From Candidatus Micrarchaeota archaeon (lineage in GTDB: Archaea > Micrarchaeota > Micrarchaeia > Norongarragalinales > SBBD01), in NCBI GenBank assembly GCA_016212475.1, contig JACRGC010000005.1:157-64156 (forward strand): DNA of 64,000 nucleotides, read 5' to 3'. Within the stretch, counting starts at the first letter, position 1, and each line of letters starts with the position of its first letter. Below the pieces are notes generated by a model. The model saw nothing but the letters and a program-made list of their open reading frames with translations, was not told where the DNA came from and did no database searches. The translations under genes were made by a program, and so were the position numbers. Shown here in pieces: positions 1-9,489 of the stretch.

Positions 1-4
1 TGAA

Positions 5-1471
5 TTGGGAAAAACTGATGGTAAAATTGAAGCACCAATTGAAGCTTTGCCAAAATCCGATATGGAAATCGAATCCAAAATAATTGAAAAGGAAATATCA
101 AAGCAAGAAAAGGAAGTTGATTTGGAAATTGAAGCTGCAAAACTAGATGAGCCAAAGCAGCCTGAACTAATTGCAAAGGAACTTGATTTGAAAACTAAGG
201 AAATGGAAGAAAAATCCCAAGATAAGGAAGTGAAATTTGGGGAAACGGAACGGAAGCCAAAGGATAAAGAAATAAAATCAGTTGGATTGAGGCAAGAAAA
301 CAGGCAAGCCCATCCAATTGCAAAAAAGGAGGAAATTCTTTCGCCAAAAACCGCTGAAAAGTTTGAATTGCCAATGCAAAAGGAGACCGAATCCGAAGAG
401 AAGGAAATCGAAGAATTGGTAGGGGAGACAATTGAAGGGAACATAAGGAAGGATGCAAAATTAGCCGAAAAAATAATCAATGAAAACAAGGCGAAGGAGG
501 AAATTTCCAAAAAGGTGTTTTCAAGCGGGAGGGAGGAGTTTTTGGCAGCCGGAAAGGATCGGGACCTTAAGCCAAAAATTGGAATTTTCTCCCAACTCAA
601 GGGATTTTTCACGGGAGATATTGAAATAAAGGAATCCGATACTCGCGAACTATTCGACCAATTCGAACTTGCATTGATGGAAAGCGATGTCTCGTACCAA
701 ACCTCGCAGGCGCTTGTTTCCGATTTGAAAAGCCGGCTTATTGGGAAAAAAGTAAGGTCAGGCAAAATCCAAGAGGAAGTCAGGCGGGAAATCGCATTCG
801 CGCTTGCATCGATTTTCCAAACATCAAAAAGCAGCTTTTATGAAAAAATCAATGAAAGCAAATCCAAAAGCCAATTGCCATTCATAGTCTTGTTCCTTGG
901 CCCGAATGGGATGGGGAAAACAACTACAATTGCAAAAATTGCGCATAACCTGAAAAAGCGCGGGATTACATCCGTAATTTCAGCCAGCGACACGTTCAGG
1001 GCAGCTGCAATTGAGCAATCCGTAATACATGGCGAAAAATTGGGAATTAAAATTATCAAGCACACCTATGGATCGGATCCGGCAGCTGTTGCATTTGATG
1101 CGATAAATTATGCCAAATCGCACGGTATCGATGTTGTGCTAATTGATACGGCAGGCAGGCAGGATACGAACATTAATTTGCTCATGGAGATGCAAAAAAT
1201 CGTGCGGGTTGTAAAGCCTAGCCTTAAGGTATTCATTGCCGAGGCAATTGCGGGCTCATCGCTTGTAAACCAGGTAAGGACTTTCAATGAAAAGCTTGGG
1301 CTTGATGGGATTGTCCTAACAAAGCTCGATTGCGATGCCAAGGGCGGAGGAAGCCTAAGCATCGCATACGAATGCAAACTGCCGGTGTATTTTGTTGGAG
1401 TTGGGCAAGGATATGATGATTTATTGGAATTCAACGAGGAGTGGATCATCAAAAACATTATGGCGGAATAA
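5..1471 (+). CDS. ftsY: SRP receptor GTPase FtsY with long acidic N-terminal region (5' end may lie outside the window)
   Basis: GPNGMGKTTT, DTFRAAA, DTAGR, TKLD and GVGQGYDDL motifs; E/K-rich N-terminus. Confidence 0.95.
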   Translation: MGKTDGKIEAPIEALPKSDMEIESKIIEKEISKQEKEVDLEIEAAKLDEPKQPELIAKELDLKTKEMEEKSQDKEVKFGETERKPKDKEIKSVGLRQENRQAHPIAKKEEILSPKTAEKFELPMQKETESEEKEIEELVGETIEGNIRKDAKLAEKIINENKAKEEISKKVFSSGREEFLAAGKDRDLKPKIGIFSQLKGFFTGDIEIKESDTRELFDQFELALMESDVSYQTSQALVSDLKSRLIGKKVRSGKIQEEVRREIAFALASIFQTSKSSFYEKINESKSKSQLPFIVLFLGPNGMGKTTTIAKIAHNLKKRGITSVISASDTFRAAAIEQSVIHGEKLGIKIIKHTYGSDPAAVAFDAINYAKSHGIDVVLIDTAGRQDTNINLLMEMQKIVRVVKPSLKVFIAEAIAGSSLVNQVRTFNEKLGLDGIVLTKLDCDAKGGGSLSIAYECKLPVYFVGVGQGYDDLLEFNEEWIIKNIMAE

Positions 1472-1578
1472 GGATTAAGAATTGAAAAGCGTTTGGAAAA
1501 GAATCCATTTGACTGGAAAAAATGCACATGGAAGAAAATTCGTCTGATTTGGAAAATATGCATGCAGGGTAATTCAAA

Positions 1579-1914
1579 ATGATGCGCGAAAAACGAAGAT
1601 ACTTGGAATTTTCAGTGGTTTCGGATAGGAAATTTGCAAAGGAGGAAGCAAAGCACATGCTATACGAGGCGGTTTTTTCACTGATTGGGGAGGAGGGCGC
1701 ATCAAAAGCAGCGGTCCAATTGAAGGCATTCGAAACACAAAAGCAACTTTTGCTGGTTAAATGCGCTTTGGCATCTCAAAACCCGGTTATTTCGGCCCTT
1801 GCCTTGAAAACCTCCTTTAAGGGCGAGAAAGTTTCTCTTCATTTCCAAAAAATCTACGGAACCCTTGAAAAGGCAAAGGCGGAATTTCCATCCCTTAAGG
1901 ATGAAAAGTTCTGA
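1579..1914 (+). CDS. pop5: RNase P protein Pop5/Rpp14 family
   Basis: N-terminal REKRRY, 'LIGEEGAS', C-terminal 'GTLEKAK'; 111 aa. Confidence 0.8.
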   Translation: MMREKRRYLEFSVVSDRKFAKEEAKHMLYEAVFSLIGEEGASKAAVQLKAFETQKQLLLVKCALASQNPVISALALKTSFKGEKVSLHFQKIYGTLEKAKAEFPSLKDEKF

Positions 1915-2043
1915 TTGATGTTTTGGAAATAGCTGAAAAATCCTGAATGATTGGAAATAAATAAAATTCCGAACTGATTTTCCTGCATTCAACTCATTTT
2001 TCCTAATCGAAAGGGTAAAAAATGCCCTAAACAAAATAAATTC

Positions 2044-2724
2044 ATGAAATTTTCATTCCTTTTGGCATTTCTAATTATTGCAAACACGGCAATTGCGGCT
2101 AATTTCCAAAACTATGATCCGGACACTATTATTGTCACGGATGTGATTCCACAGGTCAATATTCCACCTGCATTCAAATCAAATCTGGCAACGGATTATC
2201 TGGCGGATTTGAGATGCACAAATTATGTTTCAAGGCAGGAATGCGAGAACATAAAAGATTACATACGGGCTTTTGCGAATACTAATTTCCCAAGATCTTG
2301 CGAGGGAAAAATAACTCGGGATTATCTGTCTGCTGTTTATTATTGGCAAATATATGCCGAAAGCTCGTTCAATAGAAACGGTTATGAGTCAAATGGAAAA
2401 TCTTATGGACTTGCGCAATTTATTCAGGAAACAGCAAACGCGTATAAACTCTACGATAGGTTTGATGATCGGGAAAACATCAGGGCGCAATCTGAATACA
2501 TGAAAGATATTCTCAATATGCAACATGTAAAATGCAATTTGCCTTTAGGGATTGCAGCCTATAACACCGGGCCATACAATAAGGTAATCAAGCAAGGAAC
2601 GATACCAAATGTAATCAGACTCCCTTCAGGCGATGAAGCTAGGCCGGGCAGCTATGTCAGGAGAATTTTCACCAACGTTGAGTCTACCACTAAATTGCCA
2701 GTGGAATACCCGCAATTTGTTTAG
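2044..2724 (+). CDS. Secreted lytic transglycosylase (SLT domain) protein
   Basis: Signal peptide; SLT motifs AESSF (catalytic Glu), YGLAQF, ENIRAQ..Y, AAYNTGP. Confidence 0.8.
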   Translation: MKFSFLLAFLIIANTAIAANFQNYDPDTIIVTDVIPQVNIPPAFKSNLATDYLADLRCTNYVSRQECENIKDYIRAFANTNFPRSCEGKITRDYLSAVYYWQIYAESSFNRNGYESNGKSYGLAQFIQETANAYKLYDRFDDRENIRAQSEYMKDILNMQHVKCNLPLGIAAYNTGPYNKVIKQGTIPNVIRLPSGDEARPGSYVRRIFTNVESTTKLPVEYPQFV

Positions 2725-2750
2725 TAGAAAAAAACTAGTTCTTAAGGAAT

Positions 2751-3710
2751 TTATTTTTTCCCAAGCAGCATGATCTGCGCAAGCAAGGCTTCAAGCTGGA
2801 TCCTCTCGTTTGCGCCCTCAACCATCCTGAAATCATATTCGCCGACCTTATCCACCAGGAATACTTTTTCCTTATCCGGGATTTCCATTGCGGTTATTTC
2901 CCTAAATATCTGAAGAATTACCTCTTCTCCGGACATCCCATATTTTAGCATGATTTCGTCAAGAAGCTTCCTTGCCTCGAGGAACTTTCCGCCAAGCGCC
3001 GCTTGGACCATTTTTTCAACTTCTTCGGGCCTTGCCCTGCTGGCAATTTTGAAAATTTCCTCGCTGGTTACTTTGCTGGATAAGGATGCTGCGCCTTGCA
3101 AGGTATTGATCAGCTTCCTTGCATCCCCCTCCGAAACATAAACAAGGGCGTCTTCGGCTTTTGCATCAATTGATAGCGATTCGGTTTTTGCAATTTGCAA
3201 AATCATTTTCTTAAGATCTTCCGTTTGCAGGCGGGAAAACCTAAAAACCGCGCATCTGCTTTGGATGGGCTCGAGTATTCTTGAGGAGTAATTGCACGAT
3301 AGGATGAACCTAGTAGTTGTCGAATATTTTTCCATGGTCCTTCGAAGCGCCTGCTGCGCATCGGCCGTTAGCGCATCGGCTTCATCCAGGAAAATTACCT
3401 TGAATGGAACGGATGTCAGTGAAAGCGTGCGCGCAAAATCCTTGATTTTTGTTCTGACAACATCGATCCCCCTTTCATCCGATGCATTAAGCTCAAGGAA
3501 GCATTGGCTGAAATTCTCCCCGAATAAATCATGCGCCATTGCTAGAGCGCAGGATGTTTTTCCAGAGCCTGCTGGTCCAGCTAGCAATAAATGAGGAGGA
3601 TTCTTGTTTTTGACAAAAGCTTCAAGCTGGCGCACAATCACTTCATTGCCGGCAACTTCAGAAAGTGTCTTTGGGCGGAATTTTTCAACCCATGGAATAA
3701 AATCGCTCAT
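2751..3710 (-). CDS. rfcS: Replication factor C small subunit
   Basis: PWVEKFRP, GPAGSGKT, ELNASDERGID, DEAD, QSRC; no intein. Confidence 0.97.
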   Translation of the reverse strand: MSDFIPWVEKFRPKTLSEVAGNEVIVRQLEAFVKNKNPPHLLLAGPAGSGKTSCALAMAHDLFGENFSQCFLELNASDERGIDVVRTKIKDFARTLSLTSVPFKVIFLDEADALTADAQQALRRTMEKYSTTTRFILSCNYSSRILEPIQSRCAVFRFSRLQTEDLKKMILQIAKTESLSIDAKAEDALVYVSEGDARKLINTLQGAASLSSKVTSEEIFKIASRARPEEVEKMVQAALGGKFLEARKLLDEIMLKYGMSGEEVILQIFREITAMEIPDKEKVFLVDKVGEYDFRMVEGANERIQLEALLAQIMLLGKK

Positions 3711-3806
3711 GATGACCAACACCCAAAAATGAAAAGAAAATTATTAAAATGAATCGGATTATGCTTCTTCAAAATGAAACTCAATATCGCCTAATTGAAA
3801 AATACC

Positions 3807-4325
3807 CTATTTTGATTTTTTCCTTTTGCGAAGTACAAGTATTGCTGCAAGCATTATTAATGGAAGGAAAACCGGGTTGAATTCCGGAACAACGAAATTT
3901 CCCTGGAAGTTTGCGCGCTTGACCATGCAAGTTTGCCTAGCTGAAACCGTATTTGCTAGGTTCCAAATTTCAGCTGTGATGTTGTATTCCTTTTGCACTG
4001 GCGAGGAAATTGTTATTTTCCAAACTCCCGGATTCACATTGTTATCGCAAGTGCAGGCAACAACGTCATCCCCAAGCCCATCGACAGTGACATTTAGGCG
4101 GTAAACGTCTATTGTTTTGATATTGCATTGTACATAATCGCTGGCAAAAATTGGATCAACAGTTCCGCAATCGGCCCTTGGAGGAGTATTGATGAAGGTA
4201 TTTGCGGTGATGTTTGTAAAATCAGCTGTGAGGACAGTTGGGCAGCTCATGAAAAGCGCATCCGCCGATGCATGCGAGGCTAAAGCTAATACTAGGAGTA
4301 AAGTAGCAAAGAATAGTTTTGACAT
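3807..4325 (-). CDS. Secreted protein with PEF-CTERM-like sorting signal
   Basis: Signal peptide; C-terminal VPEF + hydrophobic helix + RKRKKSK. Confidence 0.75.
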   Translation of the reverse strand: MSKLFFATLLLVLALASHASADALFMSCPTVLTADFTNITANTFINTPPRADCGTVDPIFASDYVQCNIKTIDVYRLNVTVDGLGDDVVACTCDNNVNPGVWKITISSPVQKEYNITAEIWNLANTVSARQTCMVKRANFQGNFVVPEFNPVFLPLIMLAAILVLRKRKKSK

Positions 4326-4356
4326 GACCAAAAGAGGCAGCTGGGATATTTAAAGT

Positions 4357-4505
4357 TTACAGCTCGCCTACCCTGCGCTTTAGCTTCTTCCTTAATCTGC
4401 GCATTTTCTTCCTAATCCACTTCCATCTCATTTTCCCCTTTTTTTTCTGGGAAAACACCTAAAATTTTAAGCATTTTCATTCCATTTTCGGGGACGGGAA
4501 CCCAT
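4357..4505 (-). CDS. rpl41e: Ribosomal protein eL41/eS32, two exons (4505-4480 and 4444-4357); spliced product MGSRPRKWKKKGKMRWKWIRKKMRRLRKKLKRRVGEL
   Basis: Translated by hand (below ORF-track cutoff). MRWKW..K.MRRL is the L41e signature; GAGGTG RBS at 4517-4512; exon 1 supplies RPRKW of the long archaeal form. Confidence 0.88.
4445..4479 (-). other. Predicted 35-nt bulge-helix-loop (tRNA-type) intron in rpl41e mRNA
   Basis: AUGG-AA^U-GAAAAUGCUUAAAAUUUUAGGUGUUUUC-CCAG-AA^A; removal restores W-K-K-K-G-K-M in frame. Confidence 0.8.
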
Positions 4506-5286
4506 GATTCACACCTCTTAAAATATTCATTTTTTCCTCTATCTTGTTAACAATTGATTTTGGATCGCGCTTAATTTCCGCTTCCCAAAACCTTAAAACA
4601 GTCCATCCTTTATCCCGAAGAAGGTTATTAATCCTTTCATCTTTTTCCAAAACATCCTTCCTGCGATGCCAATAATCGCCGTCAAGGAAAATTGCAAGTT
4701 TAAAGTCGGGAAATGCCTTATCTGCCTGACAACGCCCAAGTATGGAAAAATGCTTGTAATGGCCAATTTCCCTTGCCGAAAGTTCATCTTCAATTGCCCT
4801 TTCGATGGAAGTGTCCTTGGTTGGAAGCACTTGTTTTAACCTATGGTTTCGAAGCTTGGAAATTAAATCCGGCGATCTTGCAAGCATTTTGCTCCGCCCG
4901 ATGGATATATGAGCCTTATGGATGGGCGATTTTTGTTTTCCCCTAAAAACATCGCTTTTTGACCGGATTGAAATGCTATGCGACTTCAATATATGGGCAG
5001 CTTTTTTCCGATTGATTCTAAATTTAATTGCAACATCGGTTATGGAAACATCACTATAGGAATAACCCAAAATAAGCTCCCTTGCAAGCTCATTTGGATA
5101 AATCCGCTTTTTCCGGATTTCCCAGGATTCTGAGGAATTTCGGGCATGTATTTTATGAAATTTCATAAGTTTCAAAACTGTTTTGGGATCTATCGATAGC
5201 AATTGGGATATTTCCCTAATTGAGAGCAGTTCATAGGAATATAGAAAAGCTAAATCCTGTTTGCCAATTTCGATCTTTTTCATCAT
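4477..5286 (-). CDS. Homing-endonuclease-like protein: HTH repeats + NUMOD3-like motif + Vsr/DUF559 nuclease
   Basis: 'GKQKSPIHKAHISIG' NUMOD3-like; 'TSIE..IEDEL', 'AIFLDGDYWH', 'KDERINNLLRDKGWTVLRFWE'. Confidence 0.8.
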   Translation of the reverse strand: MMKKIEIGKQDLAFLYSYELLSIREISQLLSIDPKTVLKLMKFHKIHARNSSESWEIRKKRIYPNELARELILGYSYSDVSITDVAIKFRINRKKAAHILKSHSISIRSKSDVFRGKQKSPIHKAHISIGRSKMLARSPDLISKLRNHRLKQVLPTKDTSIERAIEDELSAREIGHYKHFSILGRCQADKAFPDFKLAIFLDGDYWHRRKDVLEKDERINNLLRDKGWTVLRFWEAEIKRDPKSIVNKIEEKMNILRGVNHGFPSPKME

Positions 5287-5444
5287 TCTTTGGGGTATTT
5301 TTTCTTTTAAATCGTTTTTTAGGGGTGGGTTCGGGTGAAGGGAATAAATATATACGTATCAGAACAAATTGAAGGGGGATTGAAAGGAATAATGGGAGGC
5401 TCTAAACGACTAATACGGGCAATCCAACCAAAAGGTGTTTTGAA

Positions 5445-6698
5445 ATGAAATATTCTGTTAAAGATATAAAAATGGCAGATAGCGGAAAAAGAAAAATCGA
5501 ATTCGCGCAGGAGCACATGCCAGTACTTATGAAAATCCGCGAGCGCTACAAAAAGGAACTCCCATTGAAGGGAATTAGGATTTCAGCTTGCCTTCATGTT
5601 ACCAAGGAAACTGCGGTTTTGGTTGGGACGCTTCGGGCCGGAGGAGCGCACGTAGCCCTTTGCGCATCAAACCCGCTTAGCACGCAAGATGATGTTGCAG
5701 CAGCCCTTGCGCAGGATGGGTTTGAAGTTTTTGCAGTCAGGGGGGCAACAAATGAAGATTACTACAAGCAATTGAATGCAACACTAGATATTGCGCCACA
5801 CATCACACTTGATGATGGAGCGGATCTTATCAATGCAATCCACACAAAAAGAAGCGAACTGCTAAAGAATGTGATTGGAGGGCAGGAAGAAACTACAACC
5901 GGAGTCATAAGATTAAGAGCCATGGCAAAGGAGGGGCAGTTGAAATATCCGGTAATTGCAGTGAACGACACCCCAACAAAACACATGTTTGACAATTACT
6001 ATGGAACTGGCGCTTCTACGCTGGATGGGATAATGCGCGCAACCAATATTTTGCTAGCTGGAAAGGTGTTTGTTGTTGCAGGATATGGGTTTTGCGGCAA
6101 AGGAGTCGCAAACAGGGCGCAAGGAATGGGCGCAAAGGTCATTGTGACTGAAATCGACCCTGTCGAAGCGCTTCGGGCTCACATGGATGGATTTTCAGTC
6201 ATGACTATGAATGAAGCTGCAAAACTTGGGGATATTTTTGTAACCGTAACCGGATGCAAGGACGTTTTGACGCCAAAACACTTTGAGCTCATGAAAGAGG
6301 GCGCAATTCTTGCAAATTCAGGCCATTTTGATGTTGAAATCGATGTCAAGGGACTTAGGATAATTGCAAAAAAGGTAGAATTGGTTAGAGATAATCTGGA
6401 AAAATATTCACTTCCAAACGGAAGGCACATATACCTGATTGGGGAAGGAAGGCTTGTGAATTTGGCAGCGGCGGAAGGGCATAGTTCGGAGGTGATGGAC
6501 CTATCTTTTAGCGACCAAGCCCTAGTTTCCGAGCACATTGTAAAAAATGCAAAATCATTCAAGCCCGGCGTTTATGAAGTGCCAAAGGATCTGGACGATT
6601 GGGTGGCAAAACTTAAGCTTGAAACTTTGGGCGCGGATCTGGAAGTGCTAACGCCAGGGCAAAGAAAATACCTGGATAGCTGGCAGGAAGGAACTTGA
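5445..6698 (+). CDS. ahcY: Adenosylhomocysteinase
   Basis: CLHVTKET, SNPLSTQD, EETTTG, KHMFDNYYG, GRLVNLAAAEGH. Confidence 0.97.
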   Translation: MKYSVKDIKMADSGKRKIEFAQEHMPVLMKIRERYKKELPLKGIRISACLHVTKETAVLVGTLRAGGAHVALCASNPLSTQDDVAAALAQDGFEVFAVRGATNEDYYKQLNATLDIAPHITLDDGADLINAIHTKRSELLKNVIGGQEETTTGVIRLRAMAKEGQLKYPVIAVNDTPTKHMFDNYYGTGASTLDGIMRATNILLAGKVFVVAGYGFCGKGVANRAQGMGAKVIVTEIDPVEALRAHMDGFSVMTMNEAAKLGDIFVTVTGCKDVLTPKHFELMKEGAILANSGHFDVEIDVKGLRIIAKKVELVRDNLEKYSLPNGRHIYLIGEGRLVNLAAAEGHSSEVMDLSFSDQALVSEHIVKNAKSFKPGVYEVPKDLDDWVAKLKLETLGADLEVLTPGQRKYLDSWQEGT

Positions 6699-6845
6699 CT
6701 GCCATTTTAGAGCTAAACAATACCATTTAAATACTTTTTTTATGTAGTTTAGATGGAGATTCTGATTTTTGGCGCATAGCCGAAAAATAACACTAGTTTC
6801 AGTCGTTAGTGATTAGCCGACCTGGAATAATTTGGGGGGAATATC

Positions 6846-7181
6846 ATGAAATCGCACCAAGAAATCAACGAAAAGGCGTTTTCCAAGAATTTGGATGATT
6901 TGAAGGAAGCTGAAAAAATGCACATGGAAGAAATTCTAAAGGCACAAAGGCGAAAAGAAGCCCAGATTGCTGGGGCTAGGGAATCCATTTTGAAAACAAA
7001 GGAGGAGGAGGATGCGGAAATTTTAGATGAAAAGAAAAAAACCATAAGCCAGGGAATCAAGGAAATAGATAGGCAAGCAGCCCAAATAATGGAAAAAGCG
7101 GAAAAGGAGGCCCAGAAAATCAGGGATTCTTCATCATCCAAAAAAATCGCGGAAAAACTATTGCCAATAATCATAGAATAA
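6846..7181 (+). CDS. atpH: A-type ATP synthase subunit H
   Basis: Charged coiled-coil, first gene before subunit I. Confidence 0.7.
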   Translation: MKSHQEINEKAFSKNLDDLKEAEKMHMEEILKAQRRKEAQIAGARESILKTKEEEDAEILDEKKKTISQGIKEIDRQAAQIMEKAEKEAQKIRDSSSSKKIAEKLLPIIIE

Positions 7182-7196
7182 AAAAAACTGATCTAA

Positions 7197-9083
7197 ATGC
7201 TATCTTTGGAAAAAATGCAAAAGATTAGGGTAATTGCGCCAAGGGATAATTTGCAAAAGGCGATAGATAGCCTATATTCTTTTGGGGCAATCCAGGTGCA
7301 GGAGTGCAAAACAGCCGGTTTGGATCTGCCTTTGGCACAGTTCGAGGAAATTTCATCCATGCTGATTAGGTTACGGGCCGAAGAGAGGTCGCTTTCACTT
7401 AAGGGATCGCCAAAATTCAAGGAGGCGAATTTTTCCGAAATTCGGAAAAACTATGCAGAGCTTGCAATTGCGGACCTTGATTCAAAGCGCAAAATGCTCT
7501 CGGATCTGGAGACCAAGATATCAGAATTGGAAAGCCAAAAAGCGGCCCTTTTGCCGTTTAGGAAATTGAATTTCAATCCGCAGGAATCAAAATCAAGCGG
7601 GGTTTTGCTTAGCTATTTTGAGCCTAGGCCAAAATCCGAAAAACAATTGCAAAACGCCCTTTCAAAAATCCCAAGCGATACGCTTCGGGTTTTGGATGAT
7701 GGGAAAAACTACATGCTTCTTGCCTACGATGTGAGGCAGGCTGAAAAAGTTGCTGCAATTATTTCAAAATACTCATTTGCAATTTTGCCAATTCCGCAAA
7801 TCAAAGGCGGATTTAAAGAAGAGCTTAAATCAATTGAAAAGAAAATATTCGAGCTTCAAATCGAAATTCGGGAAATACGCGAATGGCTGGCGGATTACGT
7901 AAAGCACAAGGGGACGATGCTCCTTAAGATCAAGGAGCAGCTAAAGGTCGCCTCCTTGAAGGCCGAATTGCCATTCAAAATTGGCAAGACCGAAAACTTT
8001 TCAGTTGTCGAAGGATGGATCGAAAGCAGGAACTTTGATGATTTTGAATCCTCACTTGAAAAACTAGGGGCCTTCTTGCTTGAAAAGGTAGAAACCAAGG
8101 AAACGCCCCCATCAAAGCTGAACAACCCCAAACTCATAAGGCCATTTGAATTCATGGTCGAATTCTTTTCACTTCCAAAAAGCTTTGAAATCGACCCGAC
8201 ATTTTTCATATCAATAACCTTCCCGCTGTTTTTTGGGATGATCATGGGCGATATAGGGTATGGGATGCTGGCATTGTTTGCAGCCCTTGCAATAAAATTG
8301 AAATCCAAAGCGGACCTCATGAAAAGGATAGGCGGGATGCTTGCGCTTTCAGCTGTTAGCGCAATATTTTTTGGGGTTATTTTTGGCGAATTCTTCGGGC
8401 TTGAGCACATATTTGGAATCGAATTGCATCCGCTTGTGCATCGGGCAAAGGAAGTTGAGGAGCTGATCAACATTTCACTTCTCCTTGGCGTTTTGCACCT
8501 ATCCCTTGGGTTCATAATCGGGGCATTTACGCAATTTTCAAACGGCCACAAAAAGCACGCTGCTGCAAAAATTTCATGGCTGGTTGTTGAAATCTGCCTG
8601 ATACTTTCAATAATCAATCTAGCAGATGTTTCGCTTTTGCATATTTTTGAGCCGCTTAAGCAATTCATCGGGCTTGCTCCTTCGCTGGTTGGGCTGCTTG
8701 CAGGAATGATAGGAATTGCACTTTTCGAATCTCCAACCCATTTGATGGAACTTCCCTCGCTTCTTTCAAATATTCTCTCATACCTAAGGATCGCAGCGCT
8801 TGGGCTTTCGGGAGTCATTATTTCAATGATCATAAACCAATTGCCAGTTGACTTTGATGGGTTTTTTGCAATGGTTTCGTTCCAGCGCCCATTTGACATG
8901 GGGCTTTTAATTTCATTTGTTTTATTCGGAGGGATGCTCATACTTGGGCATTTGGTTGCCCTTGGGCTTGCAATCTTGGAATCGGGAGTGCAAAGCCTAA
9001 GGCTTCATTACGTTGAATTCTTCTCTAAATTCTATGAGGGCGGAGGTTTGCCTTTTGTCCCCTTAAGGAAGAAGGAGGAATAG
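7197..9083 (+). CDS. atpI: A-type ATP synthase subunit I (a)
   Basis: EIDPT, FGMIMGDIGYG, LSYLRIAALG, SLRLHYVEFFSKFY. Confidence 0.95.
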   Translation: MLSLEKMQKIRVIAPRDNLQKAIDSLYSFGAIQVQECKTAGLDLPLAQFEEISSMLIRLRAEERSLSLKGSPKFKEANFSEIRKNYAELAIADLDSKRKMLSDLETKISELESQKAALLPFRKLNFNPQESKSSGVLLSYFEPRPKSEKQLQNALSKIPSDTLRVLDDGKNYMLLAYDVRQAEKVAAIISKYSFAILPIPQIKGGFKEELKSIEKKIFELQIEIREIREWLADYVKHKGTMLLKIKEQLKVASLKAELPFKIGKTENFSVVEGWIESRNFDDFESSLEKLGAFLLEKVETKETPPSKLNNPKLIRPFEFMVEFFSLPKSFEIDPTFFISITFPLFFGMIMGDIGYGMLALFAALAIKLKSKADLMKRIGGMLALSAVSAIFFGVIFGEFFGLEHIFGIELHPLVHRAKEVEELINISLLLGVLHLSLGFIIGAFTQFSNGHKKHAAAKISWLVVEICLILSIINLADVSLLHIFEPLKQFIGLAPSLVGLLAGMIGIALFESPTHLMELPSLLSNILSYLRIAALGLSGVIISMIINQLPVDFDGFFAMVSFQRPFDMGLLISFVLFGGMLILGHLVALGLAILESGVQSLRLHYVEFFSKFYEGGGLPFVPLRKKEE

Positions 9084-9251
9084 CTTTAGGATCAGGATTA
9101 ATAATGTAAATGTTGAATAAAAAGATGGAAAACCAAGCATAAAATTTGGCTTGCCCGTTTGATTTTTTTAAATTAAAAGAATCCAAACAAGCATAAAATG
9201 ACATTTTTGATCTTTCCTTAAAACTTAAGGAAGGGATTTAGGTGATTTGAA

Positions 9252-9476
9252 ATGGTTGAATTAGGAACCGGTTTAGTCGCATTGGGCGCAGCAATTGCAG
9301 TCGGGGCTGGAGCAATTGGAACAGCAATGGCCCAGCAATCAATTGGGGCTGCAGGAATGGGGCTTATGGCAGAAAAGGATGGGAAGGAAGGAAACGTGCT
9401 TTTGTTCCTTGCAATCCCGGAAACTTTGGTAATTCTTGGTTTCGTAGTTGCATATCTTATCCTTCAGGTAAAGTAA
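9252..9476 (+). CDS. atpK: A-type ATP synthase proteolipid K (c), single hairpin
   Basis: Two TM helices; ion-binding Glu in AIPETL; AGGTGA RBS. Confidence 0.93.
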   Translation: MVELGTGLVALGAAIAVGAGAIGTAMAQQSIGAAGMGLMAEKDGKEGNVLLFLAIPETLVILGFVVAYLILQVK

Positions 9477-9489
9477 GGGTTTTGAGATT

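Noticed and set aside
1516..1537. 22-nt exact match GAAAAAATGCACATGGAAGAAA to 6912-6933 in atpH
   Set aside because: A-rich single pair, same strand, no structure or flanking repeats; no supportable function
1911..1980. Several CTGA/TGATG words resembling a second C/D sRNA
   Set aside because: No proper C box or spacing; guides would be low-complexity
7895..8941. Long antisense ORFs (this one, 9339-10079, 56197-56841 and others)
   Set aside because: Shadows of well-supported genes on the opposite strand
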